DNA of 64,000 nucleotides from Leidyana gryllorum EB-2025a (Eukaryota; Protista; Apicomplexa): NCBI GenBank assembly GCA_048772705.1, contig JBLWGC010000104.1, positions 1 to 64,000 of the forward strand, read 5' to 3'. Shown piece by piece: positions 63,229 to 64,000 of this stretch (position 1 is its first letter; each line of letters starts with the position of its first letter). The notes under the pieces were generated by a model. It saw only the letters and a program-made list of their open reading frames with translations, ran no database searches and was not told where the DNA came from. The position numbers and the translations under genes were made by a program.

Positions 63229-64000
63229 TCATAGATACTGAGTGATGTCATCTTCCTCCCTGAGTTTCACTTCAAGTTCTTTGGCGAGGCAACGCGCGTT
63301 GCCGATGACTTCAAGAAGTCTGTGGACAATGTCATCTTGGAGATGTTTCTTCTTGAAGATGGCTTTGAGGCCATTTCGAGCCCTTGTGGTATCGTTCAGA
63401 GCAGAGTCCAATTCCCTCTGAAGATCGCGCACTTCAGCGTCCCTGTCGTTGAGAAGATCTTGGAGGTCTTGGATGCGTTTGTTTTTATTCTCCTCAAGGG
63501 AGTGTAGTGCACGTGCAGATTTGTTGGCAGCATCATCCGCTTCAGCTTTGTGGTTATCGAAAGCAGCCTGCACCTCGCGGAGCAGGTTGCGATACCTGTC
63601 GCATTCCTCGTGTATGTCGCGCAAATCTGCTTCAAGTGTTTTGATTTCCTGATCGTGAGCCTGCTGATTATCCCTGGTCCGTTCTTCTGCAGCGCGGAGG
63701 AGATTATAGAGCTCATCTAAACGGCGGCTCTGTTCTTGGTTATCATGGAGAAGAGCCGATTTTTCGCGTCTAAGGGTGAGTAATTTTTCCTCGGATTCAG
63801 TTGCGAGGTTGTGTATCTGAGCATCGAGCTCCTTTTGGCGAGCATTAGCAGCTTCAAGCGCTTTGGAGACAATTGACAATTCGTCTCTTTTCGATAACAA
63901 AGATTTTGAAAGGTTATCCCTCTCGTCGGTGAGTGATGAAATTTGTTTGTCCAGATTGATCGCTTGTTCCTGAGCGTCGCTGGATATTCTCCGAAGCTCT
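63229..64000 (-). CDS. Coiled-coil protein, 5' part outside the window
   Basis: Heptad-rich reading frame continuing to the window edge; stop at 63229. Confidence 0.7.
   Translation of the reverse strand, partial: ELRRISSDAQEQAINLDKQISSLTDERDNLSKSLLSKRDELSIVSKALEAANARQKELDAQIHNLATESEEKLLTLRREKSALLHDNQEQSRRLDELYNLLRAAEERTRDNQQAHDQEIKTLEADLRDIHEECDRYRNLLREVQAAFDNHKAEADDAANKSARALHSLEENKNKRIQDLQDLLNDRDAEVRDLQRELDSALNDTTRARNGLKAIFKKKHLQDDIVHRLLEVIGNARCLAKELEVKLREEDDITQYL

Noticed and set aside
1-64000. Frame breaks as pseudogenes, programmed frameshifts or a non-standard genetic code; CRISPR, tRNA, rRNA or transposons
   Set aside because: The breaks I examined in recognisable genes are explained by GT..AG introns, and long exons read cleanly in the standard code. 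No repeat-spacer arrays, cloverleafs, rRNA, transposase or RT motifs were recognised.

Overview
Eukaryotic, extremely compact genomic DNA with roughly 30 protein-coding genes, short GT-AG introns (mostly ~35-60 nt) and intergenic spacers often under 60 nt. A full-length glideosome-associated connector (GAC) and a Cys-rich oocyst-wall-type protein point to an apicomplexan, most plausibly a gregarine (inference). Most genes are housekeeping: RBM8A/Y14, RPN3, DBP10/DDX54, SF3A1, DBP6/DDX51, NUDT5, COG5-like, alpha-tubulin, DeSI, Tctex1 and rRNA-processing factors. The most notable accessory locus is a tail-to-tail pair of intronless, secreted, mutually paralogous proteins (11832-12914 +, 13193-14170 -) with an ETX/MTX2 (aerolysin-like) beta-pore-forming sequence pattern, a candidate two-component pore-forming system. 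Other highlights are an operon-like trio NUDT5-DBP6-COG5 joined by ATGA and TAAATG junctions, overlapping stop codons and overlapping start codons elsewhere, a recurring AAAATT/AATTTT element next to start codons, a Kir channel with His at the rectification site, a highly divergent alpha-tubulin and a bacterial-type YdcZ transporter. All family calls and exon boundaries were made by eye from motifs; no searches were run. No tRNA, rRNA, CRISPR or mobile element was recognised.
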